Of a stretch of 64,000 nt of DNA, positions 37,501 to 46,037 are shown in pieces. A program made the position numbers and the translations under genes. The notes beneath the pieces were generated by a model. It saw only the letters and a list, made by a program, of their open reading frames with translations. It was not told the origin of the DNA and ran no database searches. This DNA comes from Candidatus Multivoradales bacterium (GTDB lineage Bacteria > Acidobacteriota > Thermoanaerobaculia > Multivoradales > Multivoraceae). The DNA is taken from positions 1,728,001-1,792,000 of the forward strand of contig CBDCWI010000002.1 of the NCBI GenBank assembly GCA_965223325.1, in the 5' to 3' direction. How positions within the stretch are numbered: position 1 is the stretch's first letter; every line of letters begins with the position of its first letter.

Positions 37501-39177
37501 GCCGGCAATCGCCGTGTCGTCGGCGGTGGCGTAGGTAAAGGTGATCGGCCCCTGCCGGGCTCCCGAAACGCTCACCGCCAAGTCGTAGATCCCACCGGCA
37601 TTGGCGCCCTCGACGACCGGCTGCGCATCGACAGAAACCACCGGCAGACCCGCACCACCGGGCTGGTCGTTGTCGTTGTCGTTGATGGTGACGGCAACTC
37701 GCGTGTTGGCAAGCGTCGCGTTACTCACCGCACTCAGATCGACGAAGAACTGCTCCGCGTCTTCTTGCTCAGCATCGTCGAGGATGCGGAGTCGAATGGT
37801 CGCGCTCTGCTGGATAGCACCGATCGTGACCTGGCCCGTCTCGGCCTCGTAGTCACTTCCGGCGATAGCAGTGCCGTCGGCGGTCGCGTAGGAGAAGGAA
37901 ATCGGGCCCTGACGGGTACCAACCACACTCACCGTCAGGTCGTAGTTACCGCCCGGATCGGCGCCCTCAGTGACCGGCTCTGCCTCGACTGTCACCACGG
38001 GAAGCGCACCGCCACCCCCACCACCATCGTCATCATTGATGGTGACCGCGACGCGGGTACTGGCGAGAGTCGCGTTGTTCACGCCACTCAGGTCGACGAA
38101 GAACTGCTCCTGGCCCTCGGCCTCGTCATCGTCGAGAATCCGCACTCGAATCGTCGCACTCTGTTGGCCGACGCCCAGAAAGACACCGCCATTTCCGGAC
38201 ACGTAGTCGGAACCCGCAACCGCGGTTCCATCTGCGGTTTCGAAGTTGAACGAAATCGGCCCCTGCCGGTCCCCGGCTACGGTGACGTCGAGATCGTAGT
38301 TGCCGCCCTGGTTGGCTCCCTCGGTCACCGGCGCAGCAGACACGGTGACCACCGGAAGCGCGGTGATGTCATCGTTGAGTACCAGGACAGTGGCCGATGA
38401 AGTCACGCCCATTTGCCCACCGTCAACCGACACGATCTGAATCGAGAAGTCCTCGTCGTTCTCGACTTCGACGTCACCAAGCACCGGGACCGAGATCGAC
38501 TTGGTGTCTTCGCCGGCCGAAAACGTCGTTTGGCCGAAGACCGCCCGATAGTCGCTGCCCGCTATCGCCGACCCATCGACCGTCTGGTAGGTCACGGTCA
38601 CCGGGTTGGCGGCGGCTGCGCTGAGCGTCAGCTTGGCGGACGCATCGGACTCACCGGCATTGCCTTCTAGAACCGAACTCGCTTCGATCGAAACCACTGG
38701 CAAGGCGACCCCGACGGCCGTATCGTCGTCGAGAACCGTCGCCGTGGCGATGCCCGCCGAAGCCGGCTGGATCGCTGCGCCCTCGGGATCGGAAAGCACG
38801 ACCTGGAAGGTCTCGACGTTCTCGGACAGGTCGTCACCAACGAGGGTGACGCGAATCGATCCAGAAAGCAGTGGTCCCTCGAGCTCCAGGCGACCGCTGG
38901 CCTCGACAAAGTCGGAACCCGGCTGCGCCGTGCCCGGCACCGTTTCCCAATTGACCGACACCCGATCGACGACGCGCTGCTGGCGCAGGAGCTGGACGGT
39001 AACCGGAAAGACGGCCTGCGAAAGGCCATCGGTCTCGGTGACCGTAATGTCGCCCACCGAAACCAGAGCCTCGGGGTCCTGCGCCGCAACGGCTGTCGAC
39101 AGGAACGCACCGACGAGCAGCGCACAGAGCAGAGCCGTGGCGTTGCGGGGCAGCGCGCAGAAGGTTGAAGCCAGCAT
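34510..39177 (-). CDS. Autotransporter-type outer-membrane protein with 8 Calx-beta repeats, a Gly/Asn linker and an Ig-like domain
   Basis: Signal peptide from ATG 39177; eight repeats V.V....V.EG...TA.AGSDY...DD..E..E.F.V.L...I.DDD; C-terminal beta-barrel (TTGVDY, W.HEF) ending in YRKTF. Confidence 0.88.
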   Translation of the reverse strand: MLASTFCALPRNATALLCALLVGAFLSTAVAAQDPEALVSVGDITVTETDGLSQAVFPVTVQLLRQQRVVDRVSVNWETVPGTAQPGSDFVEASGRLELEGPLLSGSIRVTLVGDDLSENVETFQVVLSDPEGAAIQPASAGIATATVLDDDTAVGVALPVVSIEASSVLEGNAGESDASAKLTLSAAAANPVTVTYQTVDGSAIAGSDYRAVFGQTTFSAGEDTKSISVPVLGDVEVENDEDFSIQIVSVDGGQMGVTSSATVLVLNDDITALPVVTVSAAPVTEGANQGGNYDLDVTVAGDRQGPISFNFETADGTAVAGSDYVSGNGGVFLGVGQQSATIRVRILDDDEAEGQEQFFVDLSGVNNATLASTRVAVTINDDDGGGGGGALPVVTVEAEPVTEGADPGGNYDLTVSVVGTRQGPISFSYATADGTAIAGSDYEAETGQVTIGAIQQSATIRLRILDDAEQEDAEQFFVDLSAVSNATLANTRVAVTINDNDNDQPGGAGLPVVSVDAQPVVEGANAGGIYDLAVSVSGARQGPITFTYATADDTAIAGSDYVQETGQVTIGVGQQGATIRLTILDDLEVEDPEQFFVDLTDVVNATLASPRVVVEITDDDDDGQGGGTAPPVVSVGDVRVTESANGGSLELAVNVNGDRQGPIRFTYATSDDSAAAGSDFVAATGTVTIGVGQSQATIPLQIIDDDVQEVLERFFVDLSGVENATLDRTRVTIEIADDDGPALPTLEIGDVSLAEGNGGQFSVLLPVTVSEALPAVLDVAWQAVAGTATAGEDFVMASGTLQLAAGETRGDIEVFVLGDTAVEEDEAFTVEISANATVSVIKAAGTVTIQNDDAAGGGGGGLPTPSLQDVSVPEGDSGLSAVTMTFAVSEPLAVDLTGNWRTQNGTATDDTDYVAGSGQVTIPAGSNSASFEVSIRGDLEPEANETFEVIVEGLTGLDQEMTSGTVTIVNDDDSTGGGGGGGNGGGGGGNGGGGGGNGGGGNGGGGGNGGGGGGTPTIPAPPDVTIEVAGKVDTTIVLSTEIRDGNGNLLVGTAVTWSATGVTLQDGATTAADASGTASQRVALGPIPGDYTVVATSAATGQRITFVITVSGNTADLFDEDESPNESSFAGAIDSACATAEGDLAVSCQQIFSLPPEEQRALIEEATPEEITVPARIGMGGALIQTGNVAARLRALRSGAATNGIAGLGMSVRGENVPVAALAQAGRSPYDQSVDPEALDRGVDRALDRLRGGGASADEPDGPGRTDSSIDQHRLGWFVTGRLAFGDRPDSGREGGYDFETQGLTTGVDYQVTNNMWMGGAIGYTQGDTEFSHDNGTADAEGYSLTLYTGWQKRAFHVDVAATFAQIDFDLERQIRQPGNLGTLTALGSTSTDALAFHLGLGHDFRLGNRGILGGIARVNWTDVNVDGYTETGGGALGLTISDQSAESLVTEAGFDMTFSYSRDWGVIQPIMRATWLHEFEDDVRSVAGRLALDPTGEQFFILTEDPDRDYLNVGVGLNLTLPRGHSFFFLGDTDLERDDLDTTTLTVGYRKTF
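36131..36250 (-). repeat. Low-complexity GGN-codon tract encoding a (G4-6N)n linker
   Basis: ccaccgccg/ccgttg repeats; translation GGGGGGGNGGGGGGNGGGGGGNGGGGNGGGGGNGGGGGG. Confidence 0.9.
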
Positions 39178-39501
39178 GGTATTCCAGAGTCCCGGCCAGA
39201 GCCCTACCGATGGCAGCGCACAGCCTCCAGGAGAGAGTCGGTTGGGCACGTCGATTTCTCGATGGGGCCTTAGAAAAAGCGACACATAGACGTCCCGGCC
39301 ACGCCAATGGGCGTACCCGAACAGGTCAAGAAGAACACCCCTTATTTTGTCATAGGCAGCTATGTATGAATAGAGCGGCCCCTCTCCGAAGCCACGACTT
39401 CTGGTATATCTTGCTGAACGTCGCACACCGAAACTCGGAAACCTATTGGCACATCCGGCTGTCACCTCCCAGCCGTACTCACCAGCGGAGACAAGCGAGC
39501 G

Positions 39502-40638
39502 ATGAGGGAATGGCGCCTTCAGGGTGCGCTCGAGCCAGAGGGGCCGATCTGGCAAACGCGCATCCGCCCACTGCCCTTTCAGATCGGGCGGCTTCCCCGT
39601 GCCGGTCTGACGCTGGTGTCGTCGAACGTTTCCCTCGAGCATGCCGAGCTCTTCGAGCGCGACGGTGAGCTCTGGCTGCGCGATCTCGGCAGCACCAACG
39701 GAACCTTCGTCAATGGCGAACCGGTGCGCTCGGAACGCTGCCTACGCGAGGGCGACCTCCTCCACTTCGCCGATCTCGATTTCAAACTCATCGAACACGT
39801 CGAGAACGAGCGCACCACTGCCTCGGAGGGCACGCTGCAAATGCAGCGCACGGTGCCGGGCATGCCCCCGCGGATGATCCGCGGCGTCAAGGAGCTTCTC
39901 GACTCGGTTGAGGGCGCCGTCACCGTCGCCTATCAGGAGATCGTCACCCCGACGACCGGCAGGGTCGTCGGCTATGAGGCTCTCGGCCGCGCGACCGCCG
40001 ATGACCTGCCCCAGAACCCCAACGAGCTGCTCGACCTGGCGGACCGCCTCGACCTCTTGCCGGAGACCATCGGAGCGCTCCGCCGTAAGGCGCTCCTGGA
40101 TGCCCCGCGTTTCCCACTCACTCCTGACGGTGGCCAGCCGGCGCTCTTCCTGAATTCGCATCCGCGCGAGGTCGAGTCACCCGTCGCCCTGTATGAAGAC
40201 CTACGGAAGTTTCGAGAAGACCAGCCGACCATTCCACTGGTGGTCGAAATCCACGAGACGGCGATCGGGCGGGGTGCGGCGTTCGACCACTTCCGCCAGC
40301 AGCTCGACGATCTCGGTGCTCAACAGGCTTTCGACGACTTCGGAAGCGGGGTCGACCGGCTGCGCGAGCTGTGCGAACGATCCCCGCACATCGTCAAGTT
40401 CGATCAGCACTTTGCACGCGACCTCGCGCACGGTTCGAAGCAACGCTCGCTGCTCACCGCGCTTCTCGACACCATGGCCGCCTTCGGGATCAAGACCCTC
40501 TTGGAGGGCATTGAAACCCAGGACGAGGCACTCGAGTGCGGCAGCCTCGGCTTCGACTTTGCACAGGGCTACTTCTGGGGTCGGCCACGAAGCCTCGAAG
40601 ACATGATTCGAGAGGCGAGGGCACCTCGGACGGATTGA
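39502..40638 (+). CDS. FHA-EAL domain protein (putative c-di-GMP phosphodiesterase)
   Basis: FHA: IGR, VSLEHA, DLGSTNGTFVNG; EAL: YEALGR, FLN, EIHE, DDFGSG, VKFD, EGIET, QGY. Confidence 0.9.
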   Translation: MREWRLQGALEPEGPIWQTRIRPLPFQIGRLPRAGLTLVSSNVSLEHAELFERDGELWLRDLGSTNGTFVNGEPVRSERCLREGDLLHFADLDFKLIEHVENERTTASEGTLQMQRTVPGMPPRMIRGVKELLDSVEGAVTVAYQEIVTPTTGRVVGYEALGRATADDLPQNPNELLDLADRLDLLPETIGALRRKALLDAPRFPLTPDGGQPALFLNSHPREVESPVALYEDLRKFREDQPTIPLVVEIHETAIGRGAAFDHFRQQLDDLGAQQAFDDFGSGVDRLRELCERSPHIVKFDQHFARDLAHGSKQRSLLTALLDTMAAFGIKTLLEGIETQDEALECGSLGFDFAQGYFWGRPRSLEDMIREARAPRTD

Positions 40639-40657
40639 GGTTCCGGTCGCTTTCGGC

Positions 40658-41563
40658 CTACGGCACGACGCTCTGTTCGATCTCGCGGGGGCGAATCAGG
40701 CACTCCTGGGCGGCTGAGCACACCAGGTTGCCGTCGCGATCGAAGAAGCGACCGCGCACGAAACCGCGGGCACCACAGGCAGTCGGGCTTTCCTTCGAAA
40801 ACAGCAACCAATCGTCGGCTCGAAACGGCCTGTGAAACCACATGGCGTGGTCGAGGCTGGCGCCCTGAATGGTGAAGCCGCCGAGCGATTCGCGATGCGG
40901 CAGCATCGAGGTACTCATGAAGTCCATATCGGACATGTAGGCCAACAACGAAAGATGTACCGAGCGATCGTCTGGCAGCTCCCCCTTGATGCGCATCCAG
41001 GTGTTCTTCGAAGGCTGCTCGGCTTTGCCGTGGCGAGGAATCATGTAGATGCCTTCGCACTGACGGCTGTCGATGGCCGCAAAGCGAAAGGCAAAGCGCT
41101 CGATCGTCGGGTCTTTCTTGGCCAGCCGCTGGTAGTAGTCCCAGTCGCTCTCGAGGTCTTCTGGCGCGGGGACGTCAGGCATTGGATCCTGGTGCTCGAG
41201 GCCACCTTCGTCGATCTGAAAAGAGCCCGCCATATTGAAAATGGCGCGACCGTGCTGAACGCCAACCACGCGCCGCGTGGTGAAGCTTCGCCCGTCGCGA
41301 ATGCGGTCGACCTCGAAGAGAATCGGGCGCGCGTGGTCCCCCCGGCGTAGGAAATAGCCGTGAATCGAATGCAGCGAGCGGTCAGGCGGGGTGGTCCGGC
41401 TGGCGGCAACGATCGCCTGCCCCAGAACCTGGCCACCGAAGACGTGAGTACCAGGACCGTTCTGAGCCCGAAAGAGGTTCTCTTCGATGGACTCCATCTG
41501 CAACAAGTCGACCATCGACTTGACGGTCTGGTCTGCCGCCGCCGACTGCGGAGAATCGCTCAA
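40658..41563 (-). CDS. tesB: Acyl-CoA thioesterase II
   Basis: VFGGQVLGQA, HSIHGYFLR, RDGRSFTTRRV, YMSD, SLDHAMWFH, QECLIR; TTG 41563 overlaps the upstream TGA and has a GAGGAGG SD (alternative ATG 41515). Confidence 0.9.
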   Translation of the reverse strand: MSDSPQSAAADQTVKSMVDLLQMESIEENLFRAQNGPGTHVFGGQVLGQAIVAASRTTPPDRSLHSIHGYFLRRGDHARPILFEVDRIRDGRSFTTRRVVGVQHGRAIFNMAGSFQIDEGGLEHQDPMPDVPAPEDLESDWDYYQRLAKKDPTIERFAFRFAAIDSRQCEGIYMIPRHGKAEQPSKNTWMRIKGELPDDRSVHLSLLAYMSDMDFMSTSMLPHRESLGGFTIQGASLDHAMWFHRPFRADDWLLFSKESPTACGARGFVRGRFFDRDGNLVCSAAQECLIRPREIEQSVVP

Positions 41564-42012
41564 GCCAAACCCTCCTCGCCCGCGCCCTCTTCGGGAACAA
41601 GCGGAGCGAGCGACCCGATGTTGGCTTCCCAGTTGCGACCGTCGAAGGGCTCGATCGACATCTGCTCGACCGTTTCCGGATCGAGACATCGGGCGTTGAC
41701 GCTGATGCGATCGGGGTGCGAGCGCGGTACGTAGTAGGACTTGACGCCGCAGGTGCTGCAGAAGAGGTGCTTCGCCGCCCTGGTATTGAAGCGGTACTCC
41801 GTCAGGTCTCGCTCTCCCGAAAGCAGACGGAAACGGGAACGCTCGACGATCAGATGCAGGTACCCAACGCGACAACAAACCGAGCAGTTGCACTCTTTGA
41901 TGTCGAGAACTGCCGGCGCATCGACCTCGAACCGTACGCGACCACAGTGACAGCCGCCGCTGTGGGTGACGTGCTGCGGTTTGCTCTCCACCGCTGTCGC
42001 TTTTCCGACCAT
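41560..42012 (-). CDS. GFA/CENP-V family zinc protein
   Basis: GGCHCGRVRF, CNCSVC, HLFCSTCGV, VNARCLD. Confidence 0.92.
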   Translation of the reverse strand: MVGKATAVESKPQHVTHSGGCHCGRVRFEVDAPAVLDIKECNCSVCCRVGYLHLIVERSRFRLLSGERDLTEYRFNTRAAKHLFCSTCGVKSYYVPRSHPDRISVNARCLDPETVEQMSIEPFDGRNWEANIGSLAPLVPEEGAGEEGLA

Positions 42013-42033
42013 GGCTCTACCCTACTGCCATCC

Positions 42034-43206
42034 TCACTGGCCCTGACCGAAAGCGATTTCGAGCCCCACCACCAGAATCGGCACGACGTCGCGTGGGTCA
42101 TGGAGCTCGCGTCGACGCCAGACCACCCCCGGCTCGATGTCCAGGAACAACCAGTCGCGCAGGAAACGTTCGCGATAGATCACCTGTAACGCCAGGTCGC
42201 GCACGCCGACGTTCAAGTCGGTTTCACCGCGGGCGCTGGCTCGATACCCGAACGCACGTTCGTCGCCGAAGCCCTGGTAGAAGGTGAGCTCCGAATACCA
42301 ATCGACGCCGCGCGTCGCCTCGGAGAGAACACCGACGTTGCGAAATCGCACCAACAGGTTGGGCCTGAGCAGGTGCTCGAAATCAAGCCGGGTGGTGGTG
42401 CCGACTCCGTCCTCGTTCTCCCAGAAGACCGTCTGGCGAAATCGCCACAGGGTGTACTCACCGCGCGGGAAGACGTGCCGGTAGCGAAGCTTCAGGTAGG
42501 GGTTCATCGGGAACTGGAAGTCCATCCCGAGGTCGACGTCGAAGCGACTGCGTGCCGATCGCAACGGGCTGTAGCCAAGACCCACCAGCCACTCCTCGTC
42601 CTCGTCGAAAGAAAGAAAGTCCGACACCCGGGTCGTGCGCTGTTCACGATCGGTCACCACGTCCTTACGGTCTTCGCGGCCGATGAAAGCCCGAAGCCGC
42701 CGCTCGGCCTGCGGCAACTCGTATTCGGCATGGAAACGGATCTCGTCGCTCAGACCCTCGTGGTCGTCCCAGTTGACGCCAACCATCAACCGCCCGTGGG
42801 TGCGGTTGTACTCCTCGTCGAAGCGGGTATCGCCAAACAGTCCGTCGAACCAGCGCGAGCTCGCACAGACCGCGCGGTAGAGACCGCGCTGAACCCGATC
42901 GACCCAGGCACGAGAATCGCCGGGACGCGGCGTACAGGGTTTCTCCTCCGCTTCTAGCGCTGCCTCCTCCGGCGCGTTTTCCGGCACGTGGTCTTCGGCG
43001 TTCTTCGGAGTCTCATCCCCATCGAGCCGCGGCTGCTCCCTGATCGGAGCCTGGGGCGATGGAGACGGTGCCGGCGGTACCTGCGCGCGGGCGGTCGCCG
43101 CCGTCACGATGAAAACCAGACCGACCCAGACACCGAAGGAAGTGCCGGTTCCGAACGGCGTACGTCTCGAGGCCGAAGGGATGGGGAGTTTGGATCTGAA
43201 CAGCAT
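42034..43206 (-). CDS. Putative outer-membrane beta-barrel protein
   Basis: Signal-like segment, WFDGLFGD motif, alternating amphipathic strands, terminal LEIAFG; start uncertain. Confidence 0.6.
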   Translation of the reverse strand: MLFRSKLPIPSASRRTPFGTGTSFGVWVGLVFIVTAATARAQVPPAPSPSPQAPIREQPRLDGDETPKNAEDHVPENAPEEAALEAEEKPCTPRPGDSRAWVDRVQRGLYRAVCASSRWFDGLFGDTRFDEEYNRTHGRLMVGVNWDDHEGLSDEIRFHAEYELPQAERRLRAFIGREDRKDVVTDREQRTTRVSDFLSFDEDEEWLVGLGYSPLRSARSRFDVDLGMDFQFPMNPYLKLRYRHVFPRGEYTLWRFRQTVFWENEDGVGTTTRLDFEHLLRPNLLVRFRNVGVLSEATRGVDWYSELTFYQGFGDERAFGYRASARGETDLNVGVRDLALQVIYRERFLRDWLFLDIEPGVVWRRRELHDPRDVVPILVVGLEIAFGQGQ

Positions 43207-43466
43207 TCTCGAGAACTGGTGCGACGGAGACCTCATTCTACGACGCAACCCATGACGCCTCGAGCATCTTGCCGCTGCCCGATCTCTTGACCCGAACCTC
43301 CGAAAGCATGGCACTGGTCTCCAGGCGCAGCCCCGGGACGACTGAACCGGGCTCGCGGGGCACCCAAGCGGCCTGGCGGGAAAAATCCGTCCCAGAGTGC
43401 TAACGCATGCCGGCAGAGTTCGTCCTCTTCTCTAGCACTGCCAATCGAGACCTCGAGGACCTTCGC

Positions 43467-45923
43467 ATGGAAAACGTACTCAGGGAGCTGCGACTCACCG
43501 CCAGGTCGCTCGCCCGTCGCCCCGTCTTTCTGATCGTCGCCGTTTTGTCCCTGGCGCTCGGCATTGGCGCCAACAGCGCCATCTTCAGCCTCGTCAACGG
43601 CATTCTTTTGCAGCCTCTGCCGGGAATCGACAACCCTTCTGATCTCGTGCGCATTGTTGCCTACCGCGAGGGATTCGACTGGCCGCTGGGTACGTCCGCG
43701 CCGGCCATGGGCGATATCGCCGCCGCGACAGAAGAAGACATCGCGGGCCTGGCGGGCTTCACCAACACGACCTTCGGCTTGTCTCTCGACGGTGAACCGC
43801 CGGAGATTCGCTGGGGCCTCTTGACCCTCGGCGACTATTGGAGCGTCCTCGGCGTGACACCCGAACTCGGCCGCTTCTTCGGACCAAACGAAGAAGCGAG
43901 CCGAGAACCGGTGGCCGTCATCTCCCACAGCCTCTGGCAGGAACGTTTCGCGGGCGGAAGCGACGTCATCGGGCGCGAGATCTCGCTCGATGGCCAGAGC
44001 CACACCATCATCGGCGTTGCGCCTGAGGGTTTCATTGGCACCGAAACCCTCTTCGCCAACGAGGTCTTCGTGCCGATGGTTGCCTGGAGCGGCGACATCG
44101 ACAGCCTGCTCGAGGATCGTTCGAACTTCTACCTCAAGCTCACGGGTCGCCTGCGGCCGGAATCGAGTCTGGCTGACATCGATGGGCCTTTGGCAGTCTT
44201 GAGCGAGACCCTGGCGAGAGATTTCCCCGAGGATCACCGCCAAACCACCTTTGGCGCGATGCCTGAACATGAAGCGCGCGTCGAGGCAGGCCTCGGTCCC
44301 GCGATGAGACAAATCACGGTCCTGCTGCTCGGCCTGGTGGGACTCGTGCTCCTGATTGCGTGCGGCAACGTCGCCAACCTGATGTTGGCACGTGGCATGG
44401 GCCGGGCACGCGAAATGAGCGTGCGCATGGCGATCGGTGCTGAGCGTCGCAGTCTGATTTCTCAGATGCTGGCCGAGAGCCTGATGCTCTCCCTTCTCGG
44501 CGGCGTATGCGGCCTCGGCATCGCCGTCGTCTTCGCACGACTGGCTGAAACCTCGCTGGCACCTTCGGGAATACCGTTGCGAATCGAGGCAACGCCAGAC
44601 CTGCGCGTGCTGCTGTTTACCCTCGGTGTCTCGGTGCTAGCGGGCCTGATCTTCGGCATCATTCCGGCGCTGCGCGCTTCGAGACAAGATCCGGCGCGCG
44701 GCTTGCGCGCTGCACCGGTCGGTGGCAACGCACGCACTCTGCGCCTCGGCAACGCATTCGTCGTCGTTCAGATCTCCCTCTCGCTGCTTCTCCTGGTCGC
44801 CGCCGGCCTCTTCCTGCGCAGCCTTTCGAAAACGCAACTCATCGACCTCGGCATCGACCCCTCCGGCGTTGCCGCCATCAGTTTCGATCTCGACATGCTG
44901 AGCAAGTCCCCGGAGGAAGGCCTGGTTTTTCATCGGCAGCTCGCTGAGCGGCTGCGTGAGATCCCTGGCGTCGAGCGTGTGACCCCGGCATCCTGGGTAC
45001 CCCTCGACTGGTCTTCCGGCGGCTTCACGGTCAACATGGATCGTGACATCGGAGGCCCGAGCGCAGACGCATCGGGCAACGAACTGACCCTGCTCGGAAG
45101 TCGCGTCGGCGCGGGTTACTTTGACATCGTCAACACACCCCTTATTGCTGGACGCGGATTTCGCGAGTCAGACGATGCCGACAGCGAGCCCGTCGTGGTC
45201 GTTAATGAACACTTAGCCGAGATCGCCTGGCCCAGCGAGAGTGCGCTCGGAAAGTCGATGCGCATCAACGGACGGGATCAACGCTTTACTGTCGTAGGCG
45301 TCGCCAAAGACGGCAAGTACCGCCTCGCCGGCGAGGCGCAGCGACCGTACATCTACGTGCCGTTCGAGCAGATGTATCGCGGTGCGGTCACCGTCCTGCT
45401 CGAGACCCGTGGCGACCCGGCGAAGCTGCTCCTGCCGGCACAGCAGGCAGTGGCCACGCTCGAGCCCGACCTGGCGATCTGGAAGGCCGAGGCGCTCTCC
45501 CAGACCGTCACCGAACGTGTCATGAGCCCGGTGCGCATCATGGCGGCTCTCGCCAGCTCGTTCGGCTTCCTCGGCCTGGTACTCGCCGCCGTCGGGCTCT
45601 ACGGCATCATGGCGCATGTGGTCGGGCAGCGCACGCGGGAAATCGGCGTGCGCATCGCGCTCGGTGCGAGCACTGGCGAGATCCTCACCCGTATCCTTCG
45701 CCAGGGTCTGCGACTCGCGATCCTCGGCTCGGTATTCGGCGGCCTGGTCGCCTTCGCGGGAACGCGCCTCATCCAGACGTTCCTGGTTGGTGTTGACGCC
45801 ACCGATCCACTGGTGTTCGGCACCGTGACTGCCTGCCTGATTGCCGTCGCCCTCCTCGCCAGTCTCGCACCGGCGCTGCGCGCCGCTCGCATCGACCCGG
45901 TGCGTACGCTGCGCGCCGAGTGA
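43467..45923 (+). CDS. ADOP-type duplicated MacB/FtsX ABC permease (orphan, no adjacent ATPase)
   Basis: SLALGIGANSAIFS, LIACGNVANL, REMSVRMAIGA, GLYG...RTREIGVRIALGA, IDPVRTLRAE. Confidence 0.9.
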   Translation: MENVLRELRLTARSLARRPVFLIVAVLSLALGIGANSAIFSLVNGILLQPLPGIDNPSDLVRIVAYREGFDWPLGTSAPAMGDIAAATEEDIAGLAGFTNTTFGLSLDGEPPEIRWGLLTLGDYWSVLGVTPELGRFFGPNEEASREPVAVISHSLWQERFAGGSDVIGREISLDGQSHTIIGVAPEGFIGTETLFANEVFVPMVAWSGDIDSLLEDRSNFYLKLTGRLRPESSLADIDGPLAVLSETLARDFPEDHRQTTFGAMPEHEARVEAGLGPAMRQITVLLLGLVGLVLLIACGNVANLMLARGMGRAREMSVRMAIGAERRSLISQMLAESLMLSLLGGVCGLGIAVVFARLAETSLAPSGIPLRIEATPDLRVLLFTLGVSVLAGLIFGIIPALRASRQDPARGLRAAPVGGNARTLRLGNAFVVVQISLSLLLLVAAGLFLRSLSKTQLIDLGIDPSGVAAISFDLDMLSKSPEEGLVFHRQLAERLREIPGVERVTPASWVPLDWSSGGFTVNMDRDIGGPSADASGNELTLLGSRVGAGYFDIVNTPLIAGRGFRESDDADSEPVVVVNEHLAEIAWPSESALGKSMRINGRDQRFTVVGVAKDGKYRLAGEAQRPYIYVPFEQMYRGAVTVLLETRGDPAKLLLPAQQAVATLEPDLAIWKAEALSQTVTERVMSPVRIMAALASSFGFLGLVLAAVGLYGIMAHVVGQRTREIGVRIALGASTGEILTRILRQGLRLAILGSVFGGLVAFAGTRLIQTFLVGVDATDPLVFGTVTACLIAVALLASLAPALRAARIDPVRTLRAE

Positions 45924-46037
45924 TAGGAGTTGCGGCCGCGGCAGGCACCTCGCTCTACTGCAGTGGGCTGCTGTAGGGTGCAGGAACTCCCTCTGATGTG
46001 GTGATCAGCTTCGAGGCCCCTGCCCGGGGACGACGCC

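Noticed and set aside
39177-39642. N-terminal 155-aa extension of the autotransporter overlapping FHA-EAL
   Set aside because: The signal peptide begins at ATG 39177; the upstream region is a lower-GC divergent promoter region.
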